Part shown: one piece after another, positions 1 to 9,403 of the stretch | Layout: the number at the start of each line of letters is the position of its first letter | How positions within the stretch are numbered: the stretch's first letter is position 1 | Notes under the pieces: generated by a model | What the model was told of the DNA's origin: nothing | The model's input: the letters and a program-made list of their open reading frames with translations, nothing else | The model's database searches: none | From: Gonapodya sp. JEL0774 | Lineage: Eukaryota | Assembly (NCBI GenBank): GCA_027604505.1 | Contig: JADIIX010000088.1 | Coordinates: 62,001-95,675, forward strand | DNA: 33,675 bases | Direction: 5' to 3' | Position numbers and translations under genes: made by a program

Positions 1-1828
1 CCAAGCCGGCCCGCCGCAGTGGTTGCAAATGCCGGAGGTAGTGACTTATAAAAAGCTTGTTATTGTATTCCATAATATCACGAGCTTTGTCAGGAGTCAG
101 TGAAGGACCAGAGTTGGGCTCTGCATTGGGTTGCACAGGGACCGTCTGAAGTCTACCGTTAACAATGCGCCGGCGAGGACGCCGGTCAGAAGCGGGGGAA
201 GATCCGGTAGAAGCTGATGCAACAGAAAGGGTGTTCGCTCCGTTGACCAATCCATTTGTGACCCCGACTTCTCCCTTAGTGTCCTTTCCGGTTTCAGTGC
301 CCGTTTGGGCCGCATCTCCGTCCTTGCCATTGCCATCGGGAGATAAATCGACGACTTTCTTCTTTTTGTGTTTCCTCTTTTTTCTCTTCTCAGTGGACGT
401 TCCACCTGTGACCTCCGCGTCCTCTTCGGATTCCATAGCAGGATTATCTGCAGTTTCACGAGTAATTTGAGCATCCTCGGACGTTTGAGGTGGACTTTCA
501 GGCGGGTTTGTGACAACAGGAGGTGAGGTTTCTGCAGTGACCGCTTCTGGTATGTCAATTCGCGATTCGGGCAAAGTCGCGTCCTTGAACTGTGTGTGAG
601 CTGAGTCCCCCTGAATAGAGTCCGCGACAGGGGAGAGCGGAGCGATTGTAGACACAGCACTGTGTGCGGATATTGATGCCCCGGCAAATGTTGTGCGGCC
701 GACATCTTCCTCCCGTCCGTGCTGAGGACCATCATCCGGCTTTGCAGTGTCAGCACCGGATCCCGCCGATCCTGACCACGAGGCTGAGTCAGCTGCAGCC
801 AGCGTAGCATCGGTAGATGACGAATGGGAAGGAGATGGTGGCGATGGAGGTGAAGGAAAGGATGTTAATTCTGTTGTGTTTGAAGGGGGGATCGTGGCAA
901 GGAGTGGCAGATTTTCGGATTGGGGGTCTGTAGAGAGCTTGCTGCGTTGCCTTTTATTCTTTTTAGATGAAAGTGCGGGTTCCACCCGTTCTCCGACTGA
1001 TGACTGAGGCGCTTTTACAGTTTGTGAGTTGGTTTCGAGGGATATGTTATCCGCCATTTGTATCGGATATGAGGTGTGAGAAGCCGCATTCTGGGTTTCG
1101 AAATACGGTCGAGAATTGCTTTCGGAAATAGAAGGGGGGGTAGCAGCTTTCAAGTCTGGAGGTACATGAGTAGTGGATGTGGCCTGCGTGTTGCAATTAC
1201 TGTCTCGGGCAGCGTCTTTGACGGAGTCCGCCTTTAAGCCTGCAGTTGGTAGACCGAATGACTCTTCTTGAAAGACCTGTGCAGCCTCCTCAGACAACAA
1301 CGGGATTCCGAGTTTCCAATCGAGGTCCTCAGAATTCACATCAGATTCTCGTCCACCGTCCACAGTAGGTTCTTGATTCCTTGAGCTCTCCAAAGACGGA
1401 GAAAAAGGCTCGGCTCCGATACTATGTGACACTGCACCCGGTTTCCGCCGCTTTCTCCGCTTCTTGCGGGTGTCAGTGCCTTTCGTGTCCATGAGTCCGC
1501 CAGTGGATGAGGTCACAGACAACTCAGATTCCCTGAAGGGCACAGTCACCGAATGAGAATGTGTATGCTCAACAGGTGCAGGATTCGCTCCAGGAGCTTT
1601 CGGAGGTGTGCTGAGACGGTTGGGAAGTTTTGGCAGATGGCCCGATCCCGATGGAAGTCCCCGCCCAACGGCCGTCCCGTCCGCCGTCCCACCTGCTGCC
1701 ACCTCCGCTGAAGCAGCAGCCTCTGGGTGACTGCCATGAACTCCTGCAGGGCCATTTGTTGCAGGCGAGGGTGCAACCTTGGTGGAAGCTGACCGAACGC
1801 CAGAGGAACTGCCCTGTTTCCGCGCCAT
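1..1828 (-). CDS. Large low-complexity/disordered protein, N-terminal part (at least 609 aa, runs off the window edge), function unknown
   Basis: Uninterrupted minus-strand frame from ATG 1828 (MARKQGSSSG..., in-frame TGA just upstream) to the edge (...ARDIMEYNNKLFISHYLRHLQPLRRAGL). S/P/T/E-rich, with basic NLS-like clusters (KKRRKRRK, KRKKRKHKKKK). Absent from the ORF track because there is no stop in the window. Confidence 0.8.
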   Translation of the reverse strand, partial: MARKQGSSSGVRSASTKVAPSPATNGPAGVHGSHPEAAASAEVAAGGTADGTAVGRGLPSGSGHLPKLPNRLSTPPKAPGANPAPVEHTHSHSVTVPFRESELSVTSSTGGLMDTKGTDTRKKRRKRRKPGAVSHSIGAEPFSPSLESSRNQEPTVDGGRESDVNSEDLDWKLGIPLLSEEAAQVFQEESFGLPTAGLKADSVKDAARDSNCNTQATSTTHVPPDLKAATPPSISESNSRPYFETQNAASHTSYPIQMADNISLETNSQTVKAPQSSVGERVEPALSSKKNKRQRSKLSTDPQSENLPLLATIPPSNTTELTSFPSPPSPPSPSHSSSTDATLAAADSASWSGSAGSGADTAKPDDGPQHGREEDVGRTTFAGASISAHSAVSTIAPLSPVADSIQGDSAHTQFKDATLPESRIDIPEAVTAETSPPVVTNPPESPPQTSEDAQITRETADNPAMESEEDAEVTGGTSTEKRKKRKHKKKKVVDLSPDGNGKDGDAAQTGTETGKDTKGEVGVTNGLVNGANTLSVASASTGSSPASDRRPRRRIVNGRLQTVPVQPNAEPNSGPSLTPDKARDIMEYNNKLFISHYLRHLQPLRRAGL

Positions 1829-2839
1829 CGCCCAGACGTCTCAAAAAAAGGGCTTCCAGTAATGTCCACCGCCTAATCAAGTTCCGTTTCGGGGGAAACA
1901 AGAGTGAGCTCTTCGGAAGCTGGGGACTTAGGTGTTAGAAATCAATGGGGGGAATGGTACCTGTGTGGGCCAGTAAGACCGAGATTCGAGAAACGACAGA
2001 GTTGAAGTTCCTCGGACATGGATCCCAGGCAGACCATTCTTCAGAATATTCTCGTTCGCCGACAAGATTCGTGCATTAGTCTGACAATAGATCGGTTTGG
2101 AAAAAAACATGCATTCAAATGTGACACGATCCCCTTCGCTCATCAGGCGTTGAAGACACAGCTGCTCGCGCTTTGGAGTTTCGCAGTGAACGAACGATGG
2201 GTGGGCTCAAAATTTGTGGGCGCGGGACCCCACCATAAGTTCCCACGCGAGACTCGATTCTTTCAAATCGCCGTCACGCATTCCCGAATCTATCTTTAAT
2301 CCTCGGCATAAATTGCATGCATGGTATGATACCCCAGATCTACAGTCCTATGAATCATATAAGCAACAACGGTCCCCAACCTTCTTCACACGGTACAGCC
2401 TTCCAATCAAACGGACACCGCTGCAACCAGGAGATGCTAGATGCTCTGGATCAAGATATTTGCCAATGTCAGGTGATCGCGAATCAGATACTCTGAGCAC
2501 CAATTTCTCGAGGTAAGGTCCTGACGATCGTTCGTTCCTTCATCCCCACCACACAGTGTCCTTCTACCAGCACCAAGCTCTCTTCCCTCTTCCGTGCCCA
2601 CTCCAACGCTTCTGTCTTCAGATCACCCTGTCCACCGACAGTCCTCCACAAATGATCCCCATAGCCCGGCGTTTCCCACCTCGGAAAAATAATATACTAG
2701 CCAGATCGCCCACCCTGTTGTGCCAAAGCAAGCGGTAGATGGGTATCGATGGGCACGAGCGTTGTAGATGCACTCCAACAAACTAGAGTATGTAACCACG
2801 CGAGGCGGGCGAGATTAAGGGATTCTATGTGGGGTCCTT

Positions 2840-3672
2840 TCAGTTATGGAGCCGGTAAAGGCCGAGAAGGATCGATGCTAGACCACGACGCGGCCGAGAA
2901 TGTGTCGGCATGTGTGGCGGGTGTGGGGTTAAGGTCGGAGTAGGCAGGGGCGGACGGAGAGGTGGGAGACGATGGGGATGTGAAAGGCGTTGAGATATGG
3001 TACGGAGGCGAGGATTGGACATGTCTATACGTGAGTTTGCTACGCGGGAGGAACCCATCGACCTGGTGTGTAAAGGAAATGTGCGATCCATAGACCGTCC
3101 CATGCGTCTTCTGATTCGTGTCCGATATGAACGGCAAGTTTCTTCTCCGCAGGGCAATAAGTTCTCCCGGAGCGTAGACGTGTTTGTTGAGTGCCGTGCT
3201 CCGGATCCGATTGCTCCAGGCTTGTTTACTAATTCACTTTGCGTCACGAATCCATCCCTCCACTTCCTGGCCGGCCTACTACTCCCGGCCTACTACTCCC
3301 TACCAGTCACGCCCCCCGAGCACTGATCCCTTTTTGAACAAACTTGTCCTCTCCACCGTGGCCGATGCATGTTCCCCATGCCCTCCCGTTTGTTTGATCG
3401 TTGCCACGTACCTTCCCTCCTCCACCCTTCCCCCCTCCATCCCCCCCCCCCCCCCGGCCTGTCCACCCAAACTCACCGACCCCTACCATCCCCATCGTTG
3501 CCCTCCTCGCCACAATGTTCCCTCCCCTCGGCGGCGGGATCCTTGATTCGTAGAGGAGGTACGCGCCTAGCCCCGAGAAGGCAGCGGCGCCGGTGAGGCG
3601 GCAGGGGAGGCAGTCTTTAGGGGATGATGAGAGAGGTGGAAGGGGTGGGGAGGATGGAGGTGCGGGGGGCAT
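2840..3672 (-). CDS. DMAC1: DMAC1/TMEM261 (DUF4536)-like small membrane protein, 77 aa, 2 exons (3672-3477, 2877-2840)
   Basis: DCLPCRLTGAAAFSGLGAYLLYE followed by a second hydrophobic helix ending ASILLGLYRLHN*. A phase-1 GTGAGT...CTAG intron (3476-2878) joins the frames exactly. Confidence 0.75.
3271..3298. repeat. 14-bp tandem duplication (ccggcctactactc x2) inside the DMAC1-like intron
   Basis: Directly visible perfect 2-copy repeat. Confidence 0.9.
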
Positions 3673-3894
3673 GGGGGATGGGGGCAACGGCGATGGTAGA
3701 AATGGGGCCGGGAGCCGGATATTTTCTTTTGAAGCCAAAAAGGGAGGGCTCTTGAAGTCAACTTTGATCTACGACAACATGCATTTGAGCATCTTACTGG
3801 AGCCGGAGACCTTCAAATTACCGTGGAATTTCCAATTCAAAAATGAACGGTATCTTTCTCCACAATGCCATCAGAATCCGAACCATTACAATGC

Positions 3895-3968
3895 ACTGGG
3901 GTCCCAGTCTGCGTGACACCACAGGTGCGTTGTGCCACCTCCCAACAGAAAGGGACCCATCTACCAGT
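3895..3968 (-). ncRNA. Long stem-loop 3' of the Fanzor-like ORF; candidate omegaRNA scaffold element
   Basis: Nested pairings on the minus strand: ACUG/CAGU, GGGUCCC/GGGACCC, UCUG/CAGA, GUGGCAC/GUGUCAC. Confidence 0.35.
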
Positions 3969-4099
3969 AAAAATATCGATCTCAAGGAGATTCCGAATGC
4001 AGAAACGGACAGTCACATATGCGACCAGTGACCTGCTCCACAAACTCCACCATCAGGCACAAAATAAGAAAACTGTATGTTGTGGGTCTTTCTGATCGT

Positions 4100-7000
4100 T
4101 TTCCGAGTTGCATGGAATGGTCGTCACATGGCTGCAATGTAGAGCCTAGGACCTTGGCGGTAGGCAAACGGCACAGACTGTCCTGGATGACAGCGGTGAT
4201 CCGAGTTCCTGGGTAGTAAGAAAGTGACATTGGGCTGCGTGCGGTGTGGTGGGTTGGGCTTGTGGCTTGAAAGTGAGAAAGCAAATCAACAAAACAGCAT
4301 CCCATATCCACAGGAAAGAACAATCAGTTGTTTTACACAACCACTCTTCCAATCACATGGCTGGCAACCAGCATGTAAAGCCGGCTAGTTGCAACTTGCA
4401 AGTCATGAATTTGCGTCAAGTGGGAGAAGCTCACGCAATGATGGAGAAGGCTGCATCCACAGAGTTGTGCAGCAAAAGGTAAAGCCACTCAGAATGCAAG
4501 CCCCAAAATACGGTTTAATCTGTCCCAATTTTTGAGAGCATAGAGCCTAATCTCAGATAGCGCACTCACAGAGATTGCTAAAAGAATGCCACTTTATGCC
4601 TGTACTTCAAAAAATCTTCCAATCCACCTCCACCCCCTGCGGCTTTGGCTCCCTTCATCTGTTCAATTATCACTTTTGAGCGCAGGTCATTTGGGTAATT
4701 CAAGAAACGGGGTAAATGCAGTAGTGTGCATCATGTGAAACAGGGAAACAAATGGAGTCACTTTATTGATTGTTGCCTGGCCTACTCACCGTTCAGAACA
4801 GGATCCTGCTGCCTTGCAGCTTTCTAGTAGAGGTCAGAACGCCTCCTTCCCAATGCAACGCTGAGTCCATGATGATGGTGCAAGTGTGATTGAAGGCCAA
4901 GTTGTTTTGTGGTAGTGATTTAACAAGCATGGCAGCATGGGTGATTGTGCAAAGAGACACAGTCAGCCTGCAGCTCCAAGTCAGAATCATAATAGGGACA
5001 ACTCGATAGTACTTACTTTATGAACTGGCTACTCAAAGCAAGTCGCAAACTGGCATAGCACTGCAGTGCCTTGTTGCGTTCCCCTTTGCTGGACAAGGTG
5101 ACTCAGGTGGCCAGTGTTGCTTAGTGCAGCAGTTGGTCCTCCACAAAACTTCTGGTCACTGCATGTCCTACATATAGGAGTGTATGGTTTGGGCCAGTTT
5201 GAGCCAGCCGGCAATTTTGCATAACGTGGATGCAAAAGAGATGAACATTGAGACTGTTGCTGACCTTGACTTCCCACAAATGGAATTGTCCTCACCTTCA
5301 TCCATGCCGATATGCACAACTTTTGGGTCCATCATGCTATTCCGGTCCTGCACTGCACCTCGCTCAATGTTGATAACTTGCCCATTTGTAGTACAGGGAT
5401 CTTCAGCTGGGTGCTTGCTGACCTCTTCAACAGCTTCTGTGAGGAGCTTGGTGATGTCTGGAATACGTTGGCCATTATTTGAAATTTATGCAAAGTGTCG
5501 ATAGAATCCAGTGATGCAGAGAGTAACGTTGAGACCATCATCAGAGATGCTTCATGGGTTCTAATTCAATGCTTTGGGAAAATGGATGGGGCGGATGATG
5601 GAGAGCTGTTCCCGGAGAAACCACAATGGTAGGTAGTAGCATCTGCGATCCTTGGTGGGGAGAACGTCCACAAATGGACCTAGGGCAACATTAACTGTGT
5701 AAGCAGGTCGCGCAGTCTCCACCATCGTGGTGAGCACTGGTGTGTGCACTCTGAGAGCAAGGTCTCGAGTGACCCGAGGACTGGGACCAGAATGTGGGTG
5801 GAAGAGCAGTACCTGGCCATCAATGCTACGGAGTGTGATGTCCTTGAAGATATGGATTGTTGGCAACCGATCTTTCACTGTGGAGATCGGATCACTGATT
5901 TGGGTGAGTGTGAAATCCACGTGGTTTCGGGGATCCTCGCCGAGGTTAAAGATCGCCGAAAATCCATTTTCATCCTCGTAGTACACTCTTTGGAGTCACT
6001 CTCTCATCGACTTGTCAGCAGCGCAATGCGCTGGAGTCCCATGGAGCAGAGTCCCAAATGAAGTGATGGATTGATGGAGAGAGAGAAATTACAAGAACAT
6101 CAATCAGCAGTCCATTTGCTTAAAATATATGAAAAGACAAAGGCCAAACTGACCTGGTTTCACACTCTCTTGCTCCACTTCCTGAATGTATTGTGACATA
6201 ACCTTGCCAACTGAGGTTATTGCGTTCTCAACATCCAGCCCAAGAGTCAGCCACCTGATGTACCCGCAGATCGCGGAGTTGAGCACAGTTGGCCCAACAG
6301 TATTATGACTAGGTCTTTGATCTCACTGACAAAATCCAGAACCAGCTCCGGGTAAAGACCACCCCAACTTGGAATCTCTACACGGATCACAGATCACAGT
6401 GACGGCATTGAGATAGTCCATGGCTTCAGCAAATCCAGAGACATCGAGTTCATCCATGTCTGGTGAGTTGTAATCATCGTCTGTGCAGGACTCTTCTGGG
6501 TGAACAGTCAACGTGTCGTCCAGGTCCATCCTTCCAAGACCAGCTCGTACCAGACCAACTTGCTTGCTGAAGTTGACAGCTCAAACCTGTGCGGTTTTTG
6601 AATTCATATCTGCCGTCATCCTCTCCATACCATCACACTTTCGAGACACACTGCCATAGAAGAGTGTGTGGGTGTTGTTGATTCCTCTTGTATTGTTATT
6701 GACTTTGCTTATTTCACGTTGTAGGTCCATCTCGTGCTTATGCACCAATATTGCTGTGTACGGGTAATCTCCGCGGAAGTTCTGGCAGTATTTTTCGACG
6801 ACTTGGTCGAACTCGGGGTTGGATAGAGTGCGTTCTCGTATGTAGTAGTGGAATCTTCAGGAGGCAAAATGTAAGTGTCTCTTGTCTCTTCTGTAGAAAT
6901 TCAGTGTTTGCTTGTCGTGTGAGACTCACTCTTCCATTCCAGGAACATTCTCGCCGTCAAAATTTCCCTGATTGACAACAGAGACATTGTACCAATCAGT

Positions 7001-7558
7001 GAGTCTGTCTGGGAGCTCCACTGGGCACGGATTTGTGAGTAAGTCGGTGTGGAGATTGCCGGTGAATGACGGGCGGAGGTTCATATGCTTGAAGTTGCTT
7101 CGCACGTGCGGTTTTAGCGTTATCACCACACAGGGCAGTTTGCAAGCGGTTGCTACACCTGAGTTTGCCACAACCACAGAGTTGAGCCAAGTCGTGCTGC
7201 ACAATCTGAGAACATCATGGATCAGCGATGGAGATATAGGAACGGATTTACTTTTGCGGAGATGGTGAGTTTGATTTTCAACAACTTGGCAAAGTATGTT
7301 TATTGTGTTGTCATCACTCTGATTGTTTAGGAAACCGAGCGAATCGAGCATTGCCAGATCACGTTCAACTTTCCCGAGTGAGGCCTCCTCAATCCGTGCC
7401 ATCTGCTCAAGATGTGCTTGGACACGCTCTTCAACACGCTTTGTGTGCTGTTCCGCTTTCTTGGCGCGATTTGATTTGAACTTGGTGGTTTGCGTATCAA
7501 TGTGCGTCGCAATGGCACTGCGTATCCACGAATGACTGGTACCAGGGCTTGGATCCAT
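4100..7558 (-). pseudogene. Decayed intron-containing Fanzor1/TnpB-like RNA-guided nuclease gene (about 1000 aa reconstructed)
   Basis: Frame reconstructable from ATG 7558 through frame-preserving GT-AG introns (6929-6891, 6153-6031, 5016-4968, 4789-4659), with about 18 premature stops and one frameshift near 5160. Motif order: SISDDGLNVTL (TDG-like, 5551-5534), KVVHIGMDEG (RuvC-I-like Asp, 5302-5300), VFWG...DAAFS..ASPT.RKFMT.KLQLAGF (DAAFS at 4457-4443), LEEW (RuvC-II-like Glu, about 4346), then Cys clusters. The 3' end is not resolvable. Confidence 0.55.
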
Positions 7559-8714
7559 GGCGGGATTTGTGAGATGAGAAGGTGAGTGAAAGTGATTTGC
7601 GTTTTGTTAGTGGTTATGAACTGCAGGCAGGGTGGCAGGGTGGGGTATGGGGTTTGGGTACTGTGGGAATACGTGGGGAGCGAAGTGGCGGGGGGGGGGG
7701 GGTCAAAAACGAGGTGAGTTCTACGCCAAGCACAAAGAGAAGGCGGTTCAAGGCCAAGTTGTGCTTGCTCACCTGCTGATAGAGTTTTGAGAGTGAGAAG
7801 AGTCGGTCGGCTGGTGTGTAAGTGGAGAAAGATGGGTGGAATTCTCAATACTAGTCCATGCAATGATTTGTAGTCCGCAGAAGTGACCACAATAGAAATG
7901 TAACGGTTTCAACTTTATTTCCAGTTTTACCGTCAAAAACCAACGACCAAACCGCGGTCTGTTCCAGAATTTCCGGTTTGGGAATGTGGCTCACCTCGTT
8001 CGCACGGGGATTTCAAGACGATTCAAAGTTCTACGGGCACGGCGAGACGCTCAAATACACGCCGTGATCGATGAAAGTCGACTGCAATAGCCGGCGCTGG
8101 TCCTTGTGGCTTCACAACAAAAAAATTGGGACAAGAGGGGGAGGCGGAACAGTCTCGGACAGTCGTGGTCGCGGACGCTTGTATCGGAGGATTCCACCGC
8201 AGAAAGATCAAGCGGAAAGATGTGGTTTCGATTTCGCTCGGGAAAGTAGTCCCTCTTGGTGAAAGACTTTTTGGGTTGTGATGAGGTTCGACAGAATCCG
8301 TGCAGGGTGGGTGGGTGGTGGGCAAGGCAAGGAATTTTTTGTGAGCTTCGCTTCCCACCGCACATGTACACAGTAATAGTTGCACAATATTTTGAATTGT
8401 GTTTTTGAAACCGTATTCCAACTTTATTTCAAGCACAAAAACATCATCCAGAGACACCTGTTGACGCTAGATACACAATTGGGTCATGAGCAAATATCAA
8501 GCTGATCTGCTTCACTATCAATCACATCTGTTGCACCACTTTAAAAGGCTTGTTCAGTTTGTTCGTGCGAAAGACAATTTACAAGAAAAGCCTGGCATCG
8601 GCTTGAGAAGGTGTGTGGAGTGTGCACCCTTCCCTCCACTCCCCACGCACGCCCCACCACCAAAACTTATTATTATATATAAATAACAAAGTCATCGTAA
8701 ATACAAAAAGGACT

Positions 8715-8786
8715 GGGGTTGTAACTCAGGGGTAGAGTGCTCGCTTCGCATGCGAGAAGTCAAGGGTTCAAATCCCTTCTGCTCCA
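8715..8786 (+). tRNA. tRNA-Ala(CGC)
   Basis: 72-nt cloverleaf: acceptor GGGGTTG/CTGCTCC with G3:U70 (one U-U mismatch), D-stem ACTC/GAGT, anticodon stem CTCGC/GCGAG with loop TT-CGC-AT, T-arm AAGGG-TTCAAAT-CCCTT, discriminator A. Confidence 0.92.
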
Positions 8787-8788
8787 AA

Positions 8789-8794
8789 TTTTTT
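8789..8794 (+). terminator. Pol III oligo-T terminator
   Basis: T6 run 2 nt after the tRNA 3' end. Confidence 0.75.
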
Positions 8795-9098
8795 GGTTCA
8801 CATTTTTGTCCGACCAGTACGTCCCTTTTCAAACTCTATTTGCGCAAAAGCTACTTCACAATCCCTTCACAGAATCTTTGTGCTCTGATATATATTGATA
8901 CTATATTAGCTGCTGTCATGAGGGGGTTTACAGATGACCAATGGGAGATTTGTATTTGAATGTTTATCATATAGTTGTGATGTGGCAGTTCCACATGTAT
9001 GAGGGTTTAGCTGCGTAGATAGTAAAATATATTCTACACCTCAAACACCATCATACGCTCCTGACCCCTTCAATTCATCCTGTGCAGCTCTCTACAAG

Positions 9099-9116
9099 TG
9101 GGGGAACAACCGCGAT
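9099..9116 (+). promoter_or_regulatory. Primer binding site (TGGGGGAACAACCGCGAT)
   Basis: TGG start 2 nt after a CA LTR-like end. The complement reads like a tRNA 3' end with discriminator C (tRNA-Pro-like, inferred). Confidence 0.55.
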
Positions 9117-9403
9117 GCTCTCTGAGCTACTGGGATCGTCTTCAAGCCATCCAGAATCACTGTTTTGCGAACTTTTGTTTTGCTGCTGTCTCTCACTCAA
9201 GTCACGTCAACCTAATCGGGAGCATCAACGCATCTCTTTAATCTCTCATATTCTCTGCAACGTACTCTCCTCCGCGTCTCTTTTCTGGGGGTCCAAACCC
9301 TTTCTCGTCGTTGTTGTCTCCCTCGGCTAAAACTCACTGACATTTGAAATGTTTGAGCAGGGCAACAACAACACGTCTGTTGTCAATGTTGAATTAGAAA
9401 ACA

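Larger units (their letters stand above)
3811..8017 (-). mobile_element. Putative DNA transposon relic carrying the Fanzor-like gene (boundaries tentative)
   Basis: CpG-depleted block with the decayed ORF. Imperfect inverted repeat at 3811-3828 and 7999-8017. Confidence 0.35.

Noticed and set aside
97..1938. Several ORF-track ORFs (97-810, 165-470, 747-1007, 1546-1869, 1630-1938)
   Set aside because: Alternate-frame or antisense shadows of the long 1828-to-edge frame.
2214..2738. Plus-strand gene with an apparent GTAAGG...CACAG intron near 2514-2556
   Set aside because: The joined product is short and featureless, with no convincing start codon.
3980..4330. Specific assignment of the Zn-finger and RuvC-III RD motif (CKTTDC..WIWD, CAVC, P(C/R)DDHS, LFCA*WWSLWSR)
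   Set aside because: Several mutually exclusive readings exist in different frames; cannot choose without a consensus sequence.
5561..7558. Endogenous RNA-virus polymerase interpretation of the decayed ORFs
   Set aside because: No RdRp motifs in a credible context; spliceosomal introns and RuvC-like motif order fit a Fanzor-like gene better.
8023..8686. ORFs 8023-8457 and 8486-8686, and caactttatttc shared at about 7910 and 8420
   Set aside because: No recognisable motif; a short AT-rich match can arise by chance.
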